From Deltaproteobacteria bacterium TL4 (GTDB lineage: Bacteria; SAR324; NAC60-12), in assembly GCA_051382335.1 (NCBI GenBank), contig JBBCAX010000033.1, positions 62,891 to 126,890 of the forward strand: a stretch of DNA of 64,000 nt, read 5' to 3'. The notes beneath the pieces were generated by a model that saw only the letters and a list, made by a program, of their open reading frames with translations, searched no databases and was not told the DNA's origin. Numbering within the stretch: the stretch's first letter is position 1; the number at the start of each line of letters is the position of its first letter. The position numbers and the translations under genes were made by a program. Of this stretch, positions 1-10,414 are shown piece after piece.

Positions 1-1
1 C

Positions 2-943
2 GGTACCTCAGCCCGTTTTGACCGGCCTGTTAACCTTGTCGCTGGTCCCAATGGCAAGATTATATACATTACGGACTATTACAATCACACGATCCGAACC
101 ATGAACCTCACCTCAAATGCGGTAGGTACCTTGGCTGGGGTTGCCGGAAAGGCAAGTACTACAGAGGCGGCTGTGGCACCTGGAAATCTCTTTTTTCCAT
201 GGGGCCTTACGTCAGATGGTACGTATCTTTATGTGACTGAACCCAAAAGTCATACGATTCGCAGAGTCAGCATTGATACCGGTGTCACAAAAACCATTGG
301 TGGTACCGCTTTTACCCACGGATCCTCTGAGGGAATTGGGACCACAGCCTTATTTAATACACCTTATGGCATTGCCACCGATCTGAAAAACCTGTATGTT
401 GCCGATTCGGAAAACCACGTGATCCGGAAAATGGATCTCCAAACGTTTCGTGTGAGTATCTTTGCTGGGGATCTCGGCACACCAGGATCATCTGGTGGCG
501 TTTCGTCCGCCCAATTCAATCAACCTAAGGCTCTCACTAGCGATGGCGTCAACCTCTATGTCATCGATCAAAATGGAATCCGAATAGTGGAAATGTCATC
601 AGGCAAAGTGAGTACAATTTCTGGAACTTCTGGTTTGAAGAACAGTCTTGGTCTTTCCTCAGACGGAATCAATCTTTATGTGAGTGATACTGATCATCAT
701 CAAGTTCAAAAAGTGGTGATTAAAACAGGGGCTATTGCTATTTTGGCAGGCAATAATAGTGAGGCCCTGAATACGGACACGGTTTGGGATTTAACCTATA
801 CTCCTATGATTACAACGCCCGCACGGTTTCATACACCAGCGGGGATTCTCTTTGGTGATCTTTTCGGAACAGATAAAGAAGAAATTTTTCTGGTTGATGC
901 CGTTGCGGGAACACTTCGGAAAATGGCTCAGCAAAACAACTAA
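2..943 (+). CDS. NHL-repeat (beta-propeller) protein, 5' end outside window
   Basis: Frame is open from base 2 (GTSARFDRPVNLVAGPNGKIIYITDYYNHTIR...). Repeated FNxPxGxxxDGxxLYVxDxxNHxIR units. Confidence 0.85.
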   Translation, partial: GTSARFDRPVNLVAGPNGKIIYITDYYNHTIRTMNLTSNAVGTLAGVAGKASTTEAAVAPGNLFFPWGLTSDGTYLYVTEPKSHTIRRVSIDTGVTKTIGGTAFTHGSSEGIGTTALFNTPYGIATDLKNLYVADSENHVIRKMDLQTFRVSIFAGDLGTPGSSGGVSSAQFNQPKALTSDGVNLYVIDQNGIRIVEMSSGKVSTISGTSGLKNSLGLSSDGINLYVSDTDHHQVQKVVIKTGAIAILAGNNSEALNTDTVWDLTYTPMITTPARFHTPAGILFGDLFGTDKEEIFLVDAVAGTLRKMAQQNN

Positions 944-1090
944 GAGACGTTTTAAAACGTCTAGGCCAAAACGTTTAGCTTTTGTTTTTTATTCCAATTG
1001 AGTATTCCTCTCCATTCACTTCTCGAAAGTGTGAAAAATAGGGCATGCTGATAGGCTTTAGGCGATGATCGGCATGTCTGGCTTTTAGTC

Positions 1091-3571
1091 TTGATACATC
1101 CTTCTTTCTTTCCCTTATCTATGAACATGACTCCTCTTGATTCGTTTTCATTTCGTAATATTCGTCGCTCTCCCTTATTAATTCCCGGTCTGCTCTTTAT
1201 TACGGTGAATTTATGGTATGATTACACATTTTATCATGTGAATACCTCCAAGCTATTGTTTGTTTGTGGTGGTGTCACTTTATTATTTCTGCTGAGCGAT
1301 ATCCTTGCCTTTAGAAAATATAATAAAGGCGCAAAGGACAAAAAACACTGGTTGGTGATGGGAATCGTCGCTTTCCCTCTTTTGGGGATGCTGCCCGGAT
1401 TCATGTTGCATGGAGGAAAGTTCAACTATTATTTGCCGATTGAGGTTTCCAGCACACTTATCTTAATTTTGTGGGTTGGCTATTTATTCAAACGAACTCA
1501 ATCAAGTTTGGATCTCGAAGTTTTTGTGTTTGCACTCAGCCTCACTTCGATTTATTGTTCCCTCTGGGCTTTCTTGGAAAAAACGGGATATCATCCAAAA
1601 TATACTCAAGCCATTGATCGTGTTGCCGCAACTCATGGGAATACTAATTATTTTTCTGGATTTTTAATCCTCTTACTTCCTTTGTTTTTGGCACGGGGCC
1701 TTCCCCTTTATGAACCATCGAAAGGCAACTGTTTTAGGCAGCGCTTGGTTTATAGCAAATTCCAGGGGTACTATTTGTTGACTTTTTGCTTAGGAGTCCT
1801 GTCGTTGTATTGGGCTTCAAGCCGAGCAGCGATTGCTGGTTTTGGAATGAGTCTCCTGGTCTTTATTTTTCTGTACTTGCATTTTTTCTTCGCTTCAGGT
1901 GTTAAAAAAACCTTAGTCCTGACAGGAATTATTATTTTGATCATCGGAGCCGGTTTTATTGGAGTGGTTTTCCTTGAAAAAGGGCTACTTTTCTCAAAAA
2001 TTAATGAACTGACGATGACTTCGGAGTGGGAAGAACGCTTTGTTTCCTGGAGACCGGCTATTGCCTCCATTCGGGAAGCTCCGTGGTTTGGGTATGGTCC
2101 CGGAAGTTCCTACAATTTATTTTTCCAATTTGTAGAACCGATGACGCGAATACGGCTGGACTTCAGGCGGTTTAATCATGTCCATCTGGAACTGCTTGAA
2201 ATCATGCAGGAAGGTGGCGTTTTAAGTTTAGCGGGATTTCTGTTTTTATGGGGAATTGTTTACTGGAAGTTACTAAAAATCATCTTTAATTCCCAGGGGC
2301 ATCGTTTTTTTAAATTGATGGCCATTGGCGTCTTTTGTGGGACACTGGCTCATCATGGTCAAAGTTTTTTTTCAGTGGCTTCCCGGATGATGGTCGTCAA
2401 ATTGCCCTTATATAGCATGATCGGTTTAAGTTTTATCCTGGATTATTTGCAAAAATCTCAGGACATTGCTGAAAAAAAAGACGATCTCTCCCAAGCCATT
2501 ACTTGGAAAAAGCATGTATTCGCTAACCTTGTTCCTACGCTTTGTCTCCTTACAATTTGTTGGGGACTTTTAATCCCTTGGGCTCAAGCCATGTATCATT
2601 ACACTGAAGTTCATGCGCAAGCGCGGAATTTGCGGGATCTAACGTTTAAGCTGGAAAAGCTGATGAAAACGCAACCTAATATTTACGGATTGCAAAAATT
2701 GGCCAAATTGCAGTTTCAAACAAAACGTCCTGATCTGGATAAAATCTGGGTTATGGCGGATGCGTTGATTCCTCATTATGATATGATGGATTATTTCAGG
2801 GCGCTGTATTTTTATGAACAAGGGGCCCTGGAGACCGCTTATCGCTTAGCAAAAGAAGCACAGGCTCGCGATATTTATAATGACGATATTATCGAAATGG
2901 TCGCGCATTTTGCTGCCATAAAAAAAGATGGACCTGAATTTTCGCGGCAGTTGGAATTGATGATCGAGAAAATACTCCTTTATGAGGATATTCTCAGGGA
3001 TCATGATCCAGCTAAGGTGACCTCCACTCTGGTTGAGATGGCTCCTGACTCCTTTGAAATGATCCAAAAAGGCGATTCAGTCCAAATGACGTGGAGGCAG
3101 GATTTGATTGAGAGTCTCATGCTTGGGGTGGGAAGTCGCGAACCCCAATCCATTGCTGGTTATGAAGAAAGAAAACGGTTTCGACAATTATTAAAACAAC
3201 AACTGGGAAGATCCCATTTTTTTCAGCTGACTTATCGTCAAGAGTTCAGTCCCGCAGAAAAGGCGGGTTATCAAAATAATTGGATTAAACTCAATGAATT
3301 GGATGAGGATTATGCTTCAAAGTCAAAGCAGAATGAGCTCAGGCATCGTTACGAAATAGCGCAAGTCCCTTCAGAAAATATAAAACAGCTCAAGGAACAA
3401 TACCTCAAACAAACGAAAATTTTTGAAGAACAGTATCAAGAAAAGCGAAAATCCTATAGGGAGCTCCTCATGAAAAACACGTATTGGGAAGAATTTCAAA
3501 CACATATAAGTATTCTGAAAAAAATTCTGCTGACGATTGATGGCTGGGTTAAGATTGACCCTCGGGAATAA
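1091..3571 (+). CDS. O-antigen ligase (Wzy_C) family membrane protein with long soluble, partly TPR-like C-terminus
   Basis: About 12 hydrophobic segments; [20 protein letters not shown]...PWFGYGPG and NHVHLELLE motifs. Start may be ATG 1121 or 1127. Confidence 0.8.
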   Translation: MIHPSFFPLSMNMTPLDSFSFRNIRRSPLLIPGLLFITVNLWYDYTFYHVNTSKLLFVCGGVTLLFLLSDILAFRKYNKGAKDKKHWLVMGIVAFPLLGMLPGFMLHGGKFNYYLPIEVSSTLILILWVGYLFKRTQSSLDLEVFVFALSLTSIYCSLWAFLEKTGYHPKYTQAIDRVAATHGNTNYFSGFLILLLPLFLARGLPLYEPSKGNCFRQRLVYSKFQGYYLLTFCLGVLSLYWASSRAAIAGFGMSLLVFIFLYLHFFFASGVKKTLVLTGIIILIIGAGFIGVVFLEKGLLFSKINELTMTSEWEERFVSWRPAIASIREAPWFGYGPGSSYNLFFQFVEPMTRIRLDFRRFNHVHLELLEIMQEGGVLSLAGFLFLWGIVYWKLLKIIFNSQGHRFFKLMAIGVFCGTLAHHGQSFFSVASRMMVVKLPLYSMIGLSFILDYLQKSQDIAEKKDDLSQAITWKKHVFANLVPTLCLLTICWGLLIPWAQAMYHYTEVHAQARNLRDLTFKLEKLMKTQPNIYGLQKLAKLQFQTKRPDLDKIWVMADALIPHYDMMDYFRALYFYEQGALETAYRLAKEAQARDIYNDDIIEMVAHFAAIKKDGPEFSRQLELMIEKILLYEDILRDHDPAKVTSTLVEMAPDSFEMIQKGDSVQMTWRQDLIESLMLGVGSREPQSIAGYEERKRFRQLLKQQLGRSHFFQLTYRQEFSPAEKAGYQNNWIKLNELDEDYASKSKQNELRHRYEIAQVPSENIKQLKEQYLKQTKIFEEQYQEKRKSYRELLMKNTYWEEFQTHISILKKILLTIDGWVKIDPRE

Positions 3572-3599
3572 TTTTTTAATGGTGTTTTCAGAGCATTGT

Positions 3600-5435
3600 A
3601 TGATGACAGAAATAAAAAACCCGGTATCTCCCAAAACCATATTGAGGAACGTGTTTGGTTATTCGGAGTTCCGGGGAAAGCAGGAAGAGATCATTCATCA
3701 TCTCCTTTGCGGAAAAGACGCTTTGGTCCTCATGCCGACAGGAGGAGGAAAGTCCCTATGTTATCAGATTCCTTCAATGATTCGACCTGGAACAGGAATC
3801 GTTGTTTCGCCTTTAATTGCTTTGATGCAAGACCAAGTGAGTGCAATGTATCAACTTGGAGTCAGAGCCGCGTATATCAATTCCTCACTTTCTTATGCTC
3901 AGGTTTGCGCGGTTGAAAACCGGATGCGTGCCGGAGAACTCGACCTCTTATATGTGGCGCCTGAACGTTTGTTAACATCAAGGTTCATCCGCTTATTGGA
4001 ATCTAACCCTATTGCCTTATTTGCCATTGACGAAGCTCATTGTGTCTCGCAATGGGGACATGATTTTCGTCCTGAGTACATTCAGCTTACCCTGTTAAAA
4101 GAACGTTTTCCCCATGTTCCCCGCATCGCCTTAACCGCTACAGCGGATGAAATAACCCGGAAGGAAATTGTGGAAAAATTGGGGCTGGAACAAGCAGTCC
4201 CCTTTATTTCAAGTTTTGATCGGCCCAACATTTTTTATCGGGTGGTTCTTAAAGACAGCGCCAAACTGCAACTTTTGAATTTTATAAAAGGAGAACATGA
4301 GGGCGATGCGGGAATTGTTTATTGTTTGAGTCGGAATAAGGTGGAAGCGACAGCGGAGTGGCTTGCGGGAAAAGGCTACAAAGCCTACCCGTATCATGCG
4401 GGCTTAAGCGCTCAAGTTCGTTATGAAAATCAACAACGTTTTTTACAGGAAGACGGGATTATCATTGTGGCGACGATTGCTTTTGGAATGGGGATTGATA
4501 AACCCGATGTGAGATTTGTCGCTCACTTGGATATTCCCAAAAGCATTGAAGGATACTATCAAGAAACCGGAAGAGCTGGTCGAGATGGCGAAAAAGCCGA
4601 TGCTTGGATGGCTTATAGCTTAAATGATGTGCTCATGCTCAAAAGAATGCTGGCGGAATCTGAGGCCGAAGAAAAATATAAACAAATCGAACAAGGTAAA
4701 TTAGAGGCCATGCTAGGTTTTTGTGAAACGATCTTATGTCGGAGACAAGTATTACTCAAATATTTTGGCGAAAATCTTGCGAAACCTTGCGGCCATTGTG
4801 ACACCTGTTTGGATTTGCCAGAGACTTGGGAGGGCACTCTTGCTGCCCAAAAAGCAATGTCCTGCGTGTTTCACACCCAACAGCGTTTTGGCGCGAATCA
4901 TTTGATTGATGTCTTGATAGGAAAAGAGGATGAGCGCATTCGAAAATGGGGACATCATCAAACCTCAACCTATGGGATAGGAAAAGAGCTTTCTTTCGGA
5001 GAATGGAAGTCTGTTTATCGGCAATTGGTTGCCGCGGATCTTCTGAGTTTGGATCTGGAAGGGCATGGAGGCTTAAGGTTAACCTCAAAATCCCGACCTG
5101 TGCTAAAAGGAGAGCAGAAAATTTTCTTTCGTAAAGATCCTAATCCTTCTAAAAAAGAAAGCAAACCTTTGAAGCAAAGCACCAAAGCCTTGCTGTTAGG
5201 ACCTCCTGAATTGAATGAGCTTTGGACTGTGTTGAGGGAATTACGTAACGAAATTGCAAAAGACCAGGGTGTTCCCGCGTATGTGATTTTTCACAACTCA
5301 ACGTTACAGGAGATGGCGGAGATCCACCCACAAACTCTAGCGCAGTTAGGACGTATTTCAGGGGTTGGAGTGACCAAACTGAAACGCTATGGTGAGCGAT
5401 TTTTAGAAGTGTTGAAGAATCATCCAAAAGCTTGA
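3600..5435 (+). CDS. recQ: ATP-dependent DNA helicase RecQ
   Basis: [39 protein letters not shown], Zn-binding CRR...CGHCDTC, RQC and HRDC domains. ATG 3600 or 3603 is preferred over 3537. Confidence 0.97.
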   Translation: MMTEIKNPVSPKTILRNVFGYSEFRGKQEEIIHHLLCGKDALVLMPTGGGKSLCYQIPSMIRPGTGIVVSPLIALMQDQVSAMYQLGVRAAYINSSLSYAQVCAVENRMRAGELDLLYVAPERLLTSRFIRLLESNPIALFAIDEAHCVSQWGHDFRPEYIQLTLLKERFPHVPRIALTATADEITRKEIVEKLGLEQAVPFISSFDRPNIFYRVVLKDSAKLQLLNFIKGEHEGDAGIVYCLSRNKVEATAEWLAGKGYKAYPYHAGLSAQVRYENQQRFLQEDGIIIVATIAFGMGIDKPDVRFVAHLDIPKSIEGYYQETGRAGRDGEKADAWMAYSLNDVLMLKRMLAESEAEEKYKQIEQGKLEAMLGFCETILCRRQVLLKYFGENLAKPCGHCDTCLDLPETWEGTLAAQKAMSCVFHTQQRFGANHLIDVLIGKEDERIRKWGHHQTSTYGIGKELSFGEWKSVYRQLVAADLLSLDLEGHGGLRLTSKSRPVLKGEQKIFFRKDPNPSKKESKPLKQSTKALLLGPPELNELWTVLRELRNEIAKDQGVPAYVIFHNSTLQEMAEIHPQTLAQLGRISGVGVTKLKRYGERFLEVLKNHPKA

Positions 5436-5459
5436 GATGGGCGTTTGTTGTTTTAAGAC

Positions 5460-6161
5460 TTAAACTTTCTTGGTACGTTCTCTCAGGATTCCCTTTAAAG
5501 CTTCCCGTTGACTGAGTCCTGAAAGAGGGTCGTGATACGATTCAACAAATTGCTCCACCCATGTTGGATTGGTATAAGCGTAATCCCGCAAAACCCAACC
5601 GATCGCTTTACGAATAAAAAATTCTTTTTCATGCATTAACATCAGAATCGTTTCTTCCAATAATTCAAGATGGGTTCGCTCTTTATGACGAAGATGAGCC
5701 AGAAGCGAGGTGCGGCGCATCCAAAAATTATTCGATGTTCGCCATTCAAGCAGTTTCTTTTCATGGTTCCTGTTATTTAAAACAAGCTGACTGACCAGGT
5801 TGCCTGCCAACAAATCAACAGTGTCCCAATTCGTCGCGCTTTTTAATAAGTCTTCATACAGCTTTATGGCCTCATCGGTTCGAAAACATTTGTAATGTTG
5901 AGCGATCATTAAAGCAAAATACATTTCTTCACGACTTTCCCCCTCCCAGAGTTCATGAATGATCTCCTCATATTCCTCATAGGATTGAATGTTGAACAAG
6001 ACTTTGGCCTTTTTAAAGATTTCTTTCCTGGTTGGCGTTTGTACTCCATAAAACTTTTGATCTGTTTTCATATAAGCCTGCATTCCTGTGGCTTTTTCCG
6101 GATCAGCGGCTCGTTTTAAAGCCTCTTGAAGATAAACAACAATCGGGTATGGCTCTGTCAT
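5460..6161 (-). CDS. DNA alkylation repair protein (AlkD-like HEAT-repeat glycosylase)
   Basis: MQAYMK..FYGV, NWDTVD, WMRR and EFFIRKAIGWVLR motifs. Confidence 0.9.
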   Translation of the reverse strand: MTEPYPIVVYLQEALKRAADPEKATGMQAYMKTDQKFYGVQTPTRKEIFKKAKVLFNIQSYEEYEEIIHELWEGESREEMYFALMIAQHYKCFRTDEAIKLYEDLLKSATNWDTVDLLAGNLVSQLVLNNRNHEKKLLEWRTSNNFWMRRTSLLAHLRHKERTHLELLEETILMLMHEKEFFIRKAIGWVLRDYAYTNPTWVEQFVESYHDPLSGLSQREALKGILRERTKKV

Positions 6162-6477
6162 CGTATTCCTTTGTTTCTAAGATCTTACTCACAAGATGGT
6201 TCTCAGCAGTTTGATTGATTTTTTAACGGTTGCGATTGATTCTTTAATGATGTTTTCTTCAAATTTCAACTTGCTGTAAATTTTCCTGTGATAGTAGAGT
6301 TTATGCGGCAATACTTTCAGGAAACCAGAGTTGCTGCCATTGATGGTTCAGTTCAACGGTTTTGAGAATAGCTAAGGCTTTGCTACCCTTTGGAATCCAA
6401 CTATTATCATCGGGAAACTTCACTGATGCGCGTAAATAGAAAACTCACTGGAGGAACATAAATCCCGAACACCTATG

Positions 6478-6532
6478 TACCGGTATATTTATTTCGTATT
6501 TGTATCGTTTTTACAAACCAAATATACCGGTA
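6478..6532. repeat. Inverted repeat with 13-bp perfect arms
   Basis: TACCGGTATATTT (6478-6490) and AAATATACCGGTA (6520-6532), plus an inner TTTGTA/TACAAA pair. Confidence 0.75.
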
Positions 6533-6554
6533 TAGTGCTCAAGATAAGTTTTGT

Positions 6555-6609
6555 CCTGGGAACGCGGGCGTCCCGCCCACTTTTGCGGGCAAGATGCCGC
6601 GCTCCCGGG
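6555..6609. repeat. GC-rich REP-like inverted doublet
   Basis: CCTGGGAACGCGGGCGTCCCGCCCAC-TTTT-GCGGGCAAGATGCCGCGCTCCCGGG is an imperfect palindrome in AT-rich intergenic DNA. Confidence 0.7.
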
Positions 6610-6661
6610 GAAAAACTTTCCTGGACAGCTATATATAATAAGGTTAGGAGGAAAAAGGTCC

Positions 6662-6982
6662 ATGGATCATTCTAAGAGTGCAGATCAGATTAAACGCAAC
6701 AAAACTCAGACTGAAATTAGAAAAGCTCATCATCAAACCATGCAACGCTATCGCTCCAAACAACTCATTCAAAAAAAGAGGATTGAGGCATGGATTGAAC
6801 AACCCCAGTGTTTGGAAATTCTCAAAACACAAGCAGGACTCAATCAAATTCAAGTGATTAATCAGATCCTGCTCCTTGTTTCTGATGGCGTGAGTCGAGA
6901 ATTCTTTAAAACGCCACAACAAGCAAAGACAAATGCTGAGTGTATGATGAACCAATTAGTCGAAGTTTTTCAAAAATTATAA
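6662..6982 (+). CDS. Hypothetical protein (106 aa)
   Basis: AGGAGG upstream of ATG 6662; basic helical N-terminus; no family recognised. Confidence 0.5.
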   Translation: MDHSKSADQIKRNKTQTEIRKAHHQTMQRYRSKQLIQKKRIEAWIEQPQCLEILKTQAGLNQIQVINQILLLVSDGVSREFFKTPQQAKTNAECMMNQLVEVFQKL

Positions 6983-7108
6983 TTTTTTCTCAATATGAAA
7001 CTCTTGAGTTCGGAAAAACATAAACAATTTTTGAGAAATCAGACTCTGTGGGGAGATGTCCCAATATCTTGAATTCGTTCCAATGAATCAAGAATTTTTT
7101 CTAACGGA

Positions 7109-7161
7109 GGGGGTGCGTTTTTCGGCTGCCACAGGGGTGCACTTTTCCCTTGCCATAATCA
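7109..7161 (-). mobile_element. Orphan IS21-family-like terminal sequence
   Basis: Minus strand reads TGATTAT-GGCAAGGGAAAAGTGCACCCC-TGT-GGCAGCCGAAAAACGCACCCC: a TG terminus followed by two tandem 21-bp subterminal repeats. No istAB nearby. Confidence 0.55.
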
Positions 7162-7265
7162 TTCGGTTAGAGCATAACAAAATTGAAAAATGAGGAAGAC
7201 CTCTTTCAAAATATTTTTTGTGCAACAACGCCACCCTGATCTGAAAGTATCCTTAAGAGGCTAGT

Positions 7266-7544
7266 ATAGTTAATGGCTTTAAAATCATAGTTTTATTTTT
7301 GATTATGGCAGGTTGCAGTGCTAGTGGTTATCACTACGATAGCAATGCTTTAAATAGTGGAACTGGTATGCATTTACCTTTTCCTAATTTTACTGGGTCT
7401 GGTGAATTTTACATGTGTAGGTGGCGATCACCAGATGGATACGAGAGAGCGGATGAGTTTGGTTCTGTTGAGGAGTGCAACCAGCGCCTTTTTGATAAGT
7501 ACAAGAAGGAAATAAACTGTAACTGTCGACTCGAAAAACGGTGA
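7266..7544 (+). CDS. Small Cys-rich lipoprotein, start uncertain
   Basis: In-frame signal-like stretch VNGFKIIVLFLIMAG-C. AAGAGG precedes an ATA codon at 7266; the ORF track starts at TTG 7299. Confidence 0.5.
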   Translation: MVNGFKIIVLFLIMAGCSASGYHYDSNALNSGTGMHLPFPNFTGSGEFYMCRWRSPDGYERADEFGSVEECNQRLFDKYKKEINCNCRLEKR

Positions 7545-7613
7545 ATCGCTTTTTGTGTAATGAGACCCATCTATGGGGTTTTTAGAACTCTGCTGGGATG
7601 ATGAAACTGAATA

Positions 7614-7895
7614 TCATCCGGTGTCCCGTAATTGATCCGTATTTACTGCCTTATAATTAAGGCTGTCTCTCTTGATCTCAAAGCAATTTTTTACTTTTAA
7701 AAAGAAGCTGTAAACTTTACCGATTTTTTGTGTTTTTATCTTTGAAGTATTCGGTTGTAGAATTGAAATGACTTGTTTTTGTGGAGTAAGAATCGTTTCT
7801 TGTTTTGAGGGAGAGGGCGATTGTTCAGAGATTTCGCGAGGCTTTCGATACTGATCAGCCAACATTTTTCTTTTCGCATGTGCGGATTTTCCCAA
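7614..7895 (-). CDS. Hypothetical small basic protein
   Basis: 93-aa ORF with an ATG start in otherwise unassigned DNA; no motif. Confidence 0.3.
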   Translation of the reverse strand: MGKSAHAKRKMLADQYRKPREISEQSPSPSKQETILTPQKQVISILQPNTSKIKTQKIGKVYSFFLKVKNCFEIKRDSLNYKAVNTDQLRDTG

Positions 7896-8078
7896 GTTTT
7901 TCTGCCGCTAATCACTAGGATCTGTCGCTTTGGTGTGAAGCATGGCCTGGTAAATCACCGAGGGGGTGGTGGGTGCTGCTATTGCGGCAGCGACCAAAAT
8001 AAAGGTGGTAAATCCGCTTTTATTATGAAGGCCTTGCCTGGCCTTTAATTTGCCAAAGGTGGATTCAAGGCTTTCGAG

Positions 8079-8231
8079 CTGTGCAGGTGGTTTGAAAATT
8101 AACCACGAAAAACACGAAAAACACGAAATAAATGATTTTTTAATAAATGAATTCCTCCGTGAAACCCTATTTTGCAGGTTTTATTTCGTGTTTTTAGTGT
8201 TTTTCGTGGTTAAAAAAAGGTACCTGCACAG
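8079..8231. repeat. Nested palindromic element (AACCACGAAAAACACGAAA type)
   Basis: 34-bp arms at 8099-8132 and 8180-8213 match 33/34. Outer 10-bp inverted repeat CTGTGCAGGT (8079-8088) / ACCTGCACAG (8222-8231). Confidence 0.85.
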
Positions 8232-8253
8232 GTGGCAATTATTTACTTAAATG

Positions 8254-8299
8254 TGGTTGGGGTAAGGAGACTCGAACTCCTGACCTCTTCTTACCGAAA
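8254..8299 (-). other. tRNA 3' fragment (possible att site remnant)
   Basis: Minus strand TTTCGGTAAGAAG-AGGTC-AGGAG-TTCGAGT-CTCCT-TACCCCA-A-CCA contains the variable loop, a perfect T-arm, the acceptor 3' strand and CCA. No D-arm or 5' half upstream. Confidence 0.75.
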
Positions 8300-8306
8300 G
8301 TCGTTG

Positions 8307-10082
8307 ATGATGAACATACTGAACAATATAAGGGTAAAGACGTATCCATTGATTGGAGTGCTGTTACTTCTCCTCCACAGTTCCCTCCTATTTGCTCAAG
8401 GCGCCAATGATTGGGTAACGGTCAAGGATCATGTGGTAGAAGTGGATACTCAAGGATGGATGTTTCCTGTCGAAATTGCTTTTGTCCCTAATCCTGGATC
8501 TCACCCTAAGGATCCCTTGTACTACGTGACTGAACTCAGAGGAACCATCAAAGTGGTGACCAACGATCGTACGATTCATACCTATGCCGAACATGTCAAC
8601 GCTTACCGTCCTCCTTCAGAACTTCCCAATACCAACGCTGAAATGGGGTTAACCGGCTTATGCCTGGATCCTGTTCATGGTTATCTTTTTGCCACCACGA
8701 TCTATCCGAACAAGGGGTTGGTTTATAACAAGATTGTTCGTTTTGAGCATGAAACGAATGAGTTTGCGCTCACACCTAAAACGTTTATTGAGTTCACTCG
8801 GATCTTTGAACAGGACGAATCGGGGCCTTCTCACCAAATTGGAACTTGCGCGATTAACAGTCAAGGTCAGTTGTTTGTCGGTGTTGGCGACGGTCATACC
8901 GCATATAAATCTCAAGGCTTAGACAATCCCAATGGCAAACTCTTAAGAATGAATCTCGATTTTTCCGCGCCTAAAGATAATCCTTTTTATAATTCGCTCA
9001 ATCCCGATTCGGTGACCAACTATATTTACGCTTATGGTTTACGTAACCCTTATGGCGTCACTCTGGGTGAAAGGGATACCGTTTATGTTACCGATAATGG
9101 TCCGGATTGGGATCGGATGATTGAAGTGACGCCTGGGAAAAATTATTTATGGGATGGAGATAATCGAAGTATGATCAGTGACGGTTTCTGGGATTGGCAC
9201 GGTTCTGTTGGACCTGCGGGGTTAAGCTACATTGGAAAATCAGCCAGGTTTCCTTATTGGGAAGATCGCTTGCTGGTGGCTCAAGGCGGAACCATTGGAG
9301 AGCTGGGACCCAGCAAAAATGGTAAAATCACGATTAATAGTTTCAAGGTCAAACCCGGAATGGGCTTACAGCAACGTCCCGAAACCTTAGTTTGGTTCCG
9401 AGGCAATTATCAGCAACTCTTGGTTCCCGTTGTGCTTGGACCGGATGGCATTTATTTTTCCGGATTCTTTCCGAACGCTCAGGGCGAGACCTATATTTTG
9501 AAGATCATTCGTCGGGAAGGTGCCATTTCAGAGGAAAGGACACTTTCTGGCGCGCAAATTTATGAACAAAAAGGCTGTGCTGGCTGTCATAAAATCAATG
9601 CTATTGGTGGAAGCATGGGGCCTGCGTTGGACGGGTTAGTGGAACGTTTGAAGCAAAAACTCTTTTCAAAAGAATACGAAGCTCAATTGGTTGAAGTCGA
9701 TAAAGTTACAACCAAACCCCATGTTGATTACCAAAAACAACGACAAACGCTACGAGGCTTGAAAGGCGATGAAAAAATCAAGGTTTGGCTTCATTATCAC
9801 TTAACGGAACCTCGGTTTGATGTCTTGCTCTCCCAAATGCCAAATCTCCCCTTGAGTGATTACGAACGAGCTCAGATGGTACAATATCTAATGACCTTGA
9901 AAAACGCCCAACGCTCAAGATTAACACCGATGCAAGAATGGCATCGGCAGTTTAAAGCCTGGTGGGATACTGATTATAACGCCCGTCCTACCGTTGGTTT
10001 CGTTGTAGGATGCCTTTTTGTTTTGTGTGTTCAGCTTTTCGTCCGTAAAATTCGAAAACGCTTCCGATTTTCGCGGAACTAA
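8307..10082 (+). CDS. PQQ-dependent glucose/sorbosone dehydrogenase-like beta-propeller fused to cytochrome c, with C-terminal TM anchor
   Basis: Signal peptide (LLFA-Q); LFVGVGDG, NGKLLR, YAYGLRNPY; heme motif CAGCH; C-terminal hydrophobic helix. Start is after the tRNA fragment. Confidence 0.85.
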   Translation: MMNILNNIRVKTYPLIGVLLLLLHSSLLFAQGANDWVTVKDHVVEVDTQGWMFPVEIAFVPNPGSHPKDPLYYVTELRGTIKVVTNDRTIHTYAEHVNAYRPPSELPNTNAEMGLTGLCLDPVHGYLFATTIYPNKGLVYNKIVRFEHETNEFALTPKTFIEFTRIFEQDESGPSHQIGTCAINSQGQLFVGVGDGHTAYKSQGLDNPNGKLLRMNLDFSAPKDNPFYNSLNPDSVTNYIYAYGLRNPYGVTLGERDTVYVTDNGPDWDRMIEVTPGKNYLWDGDNRSMISDGFWDWHGSVGPAGLSYIGKSARFPYWEDRLLVAQGGTIGELGPSKNGKITINSFKVKPGMGLQQRPETLVWFRGNYQQLLVPVVLGPDGIYFSGFFPNAQGETYILKIIRREGAISEERTLSGAQIYEQKGCAGCHKINAIGGSMGPALDGLVERLKQKLFSKEYEAQLVEVDKVTTKPHVDYQKQRQTLRGLKGDEKIKVWLHYHLTEPRFDVLLSQMPNLPLSDYERAQMVQYLMTLKNAQRSRLTPMQEWHRQFKAWWDTDYNARPTVGFVVGCLFVLCVQLFVRKIRKRFRFSRN

Positions 10083-10201
10083 CGGTTTTACGGGTTTGAA
10101 AGCTTCTTTGAATCGACATTGAAAACAGTGGTCTCCTAATCGAGTAACGTTTGAAATTAAGTAATAGACGTGTTATCCCTGATAAGCGTAAGGAGGTGGA
10201 T

Positions 10202-10414
10202 ATGTTGGCGATACGATTACCGGATGAAATTGATCAGCGTTTAAGTACTTTAGCAAATAAAACAGGTCGTACAAAAACGTATTGTGCTAAAGAAGCAATT
10301 TTGAAATATTTGGAAGAAATGGAAGAGACTTATATCGCCATTGAAAGATTGGAAACACCAGAAAAGCGATGGACACTCGGAGAATTGGAGCAAGAACGTG
10401 ATTTGGAGTGTTGA
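10202..10414 (+). CDS. Ribbon-helix-helix antitoxin (RelB/CopG/StbD-like)
   Basis: AAGGAGG RBS; MLAIRLPDEIDQRLSTLANKTGRTKT; overlaps the toxin start. Confidence 0.88.
   Translation: MLAIRLPDEIDQRLSTLANKTGRTKTYCAKEAILKYLEEMEETYIAIERLETPEKRWTLGELEQERDLEC

Noticed and set aside
8232..8306. N-terminal extension of the dehydrogenase from GTG 8232
   Set aside because: It overlaps the tRNA fragment and precedes the signal peptide, so it is likely non-coding.
8254..8330. Intact tRNA gene
   Set aside because: No D-arm or acceptor 5' strand upstream on the minus strand.
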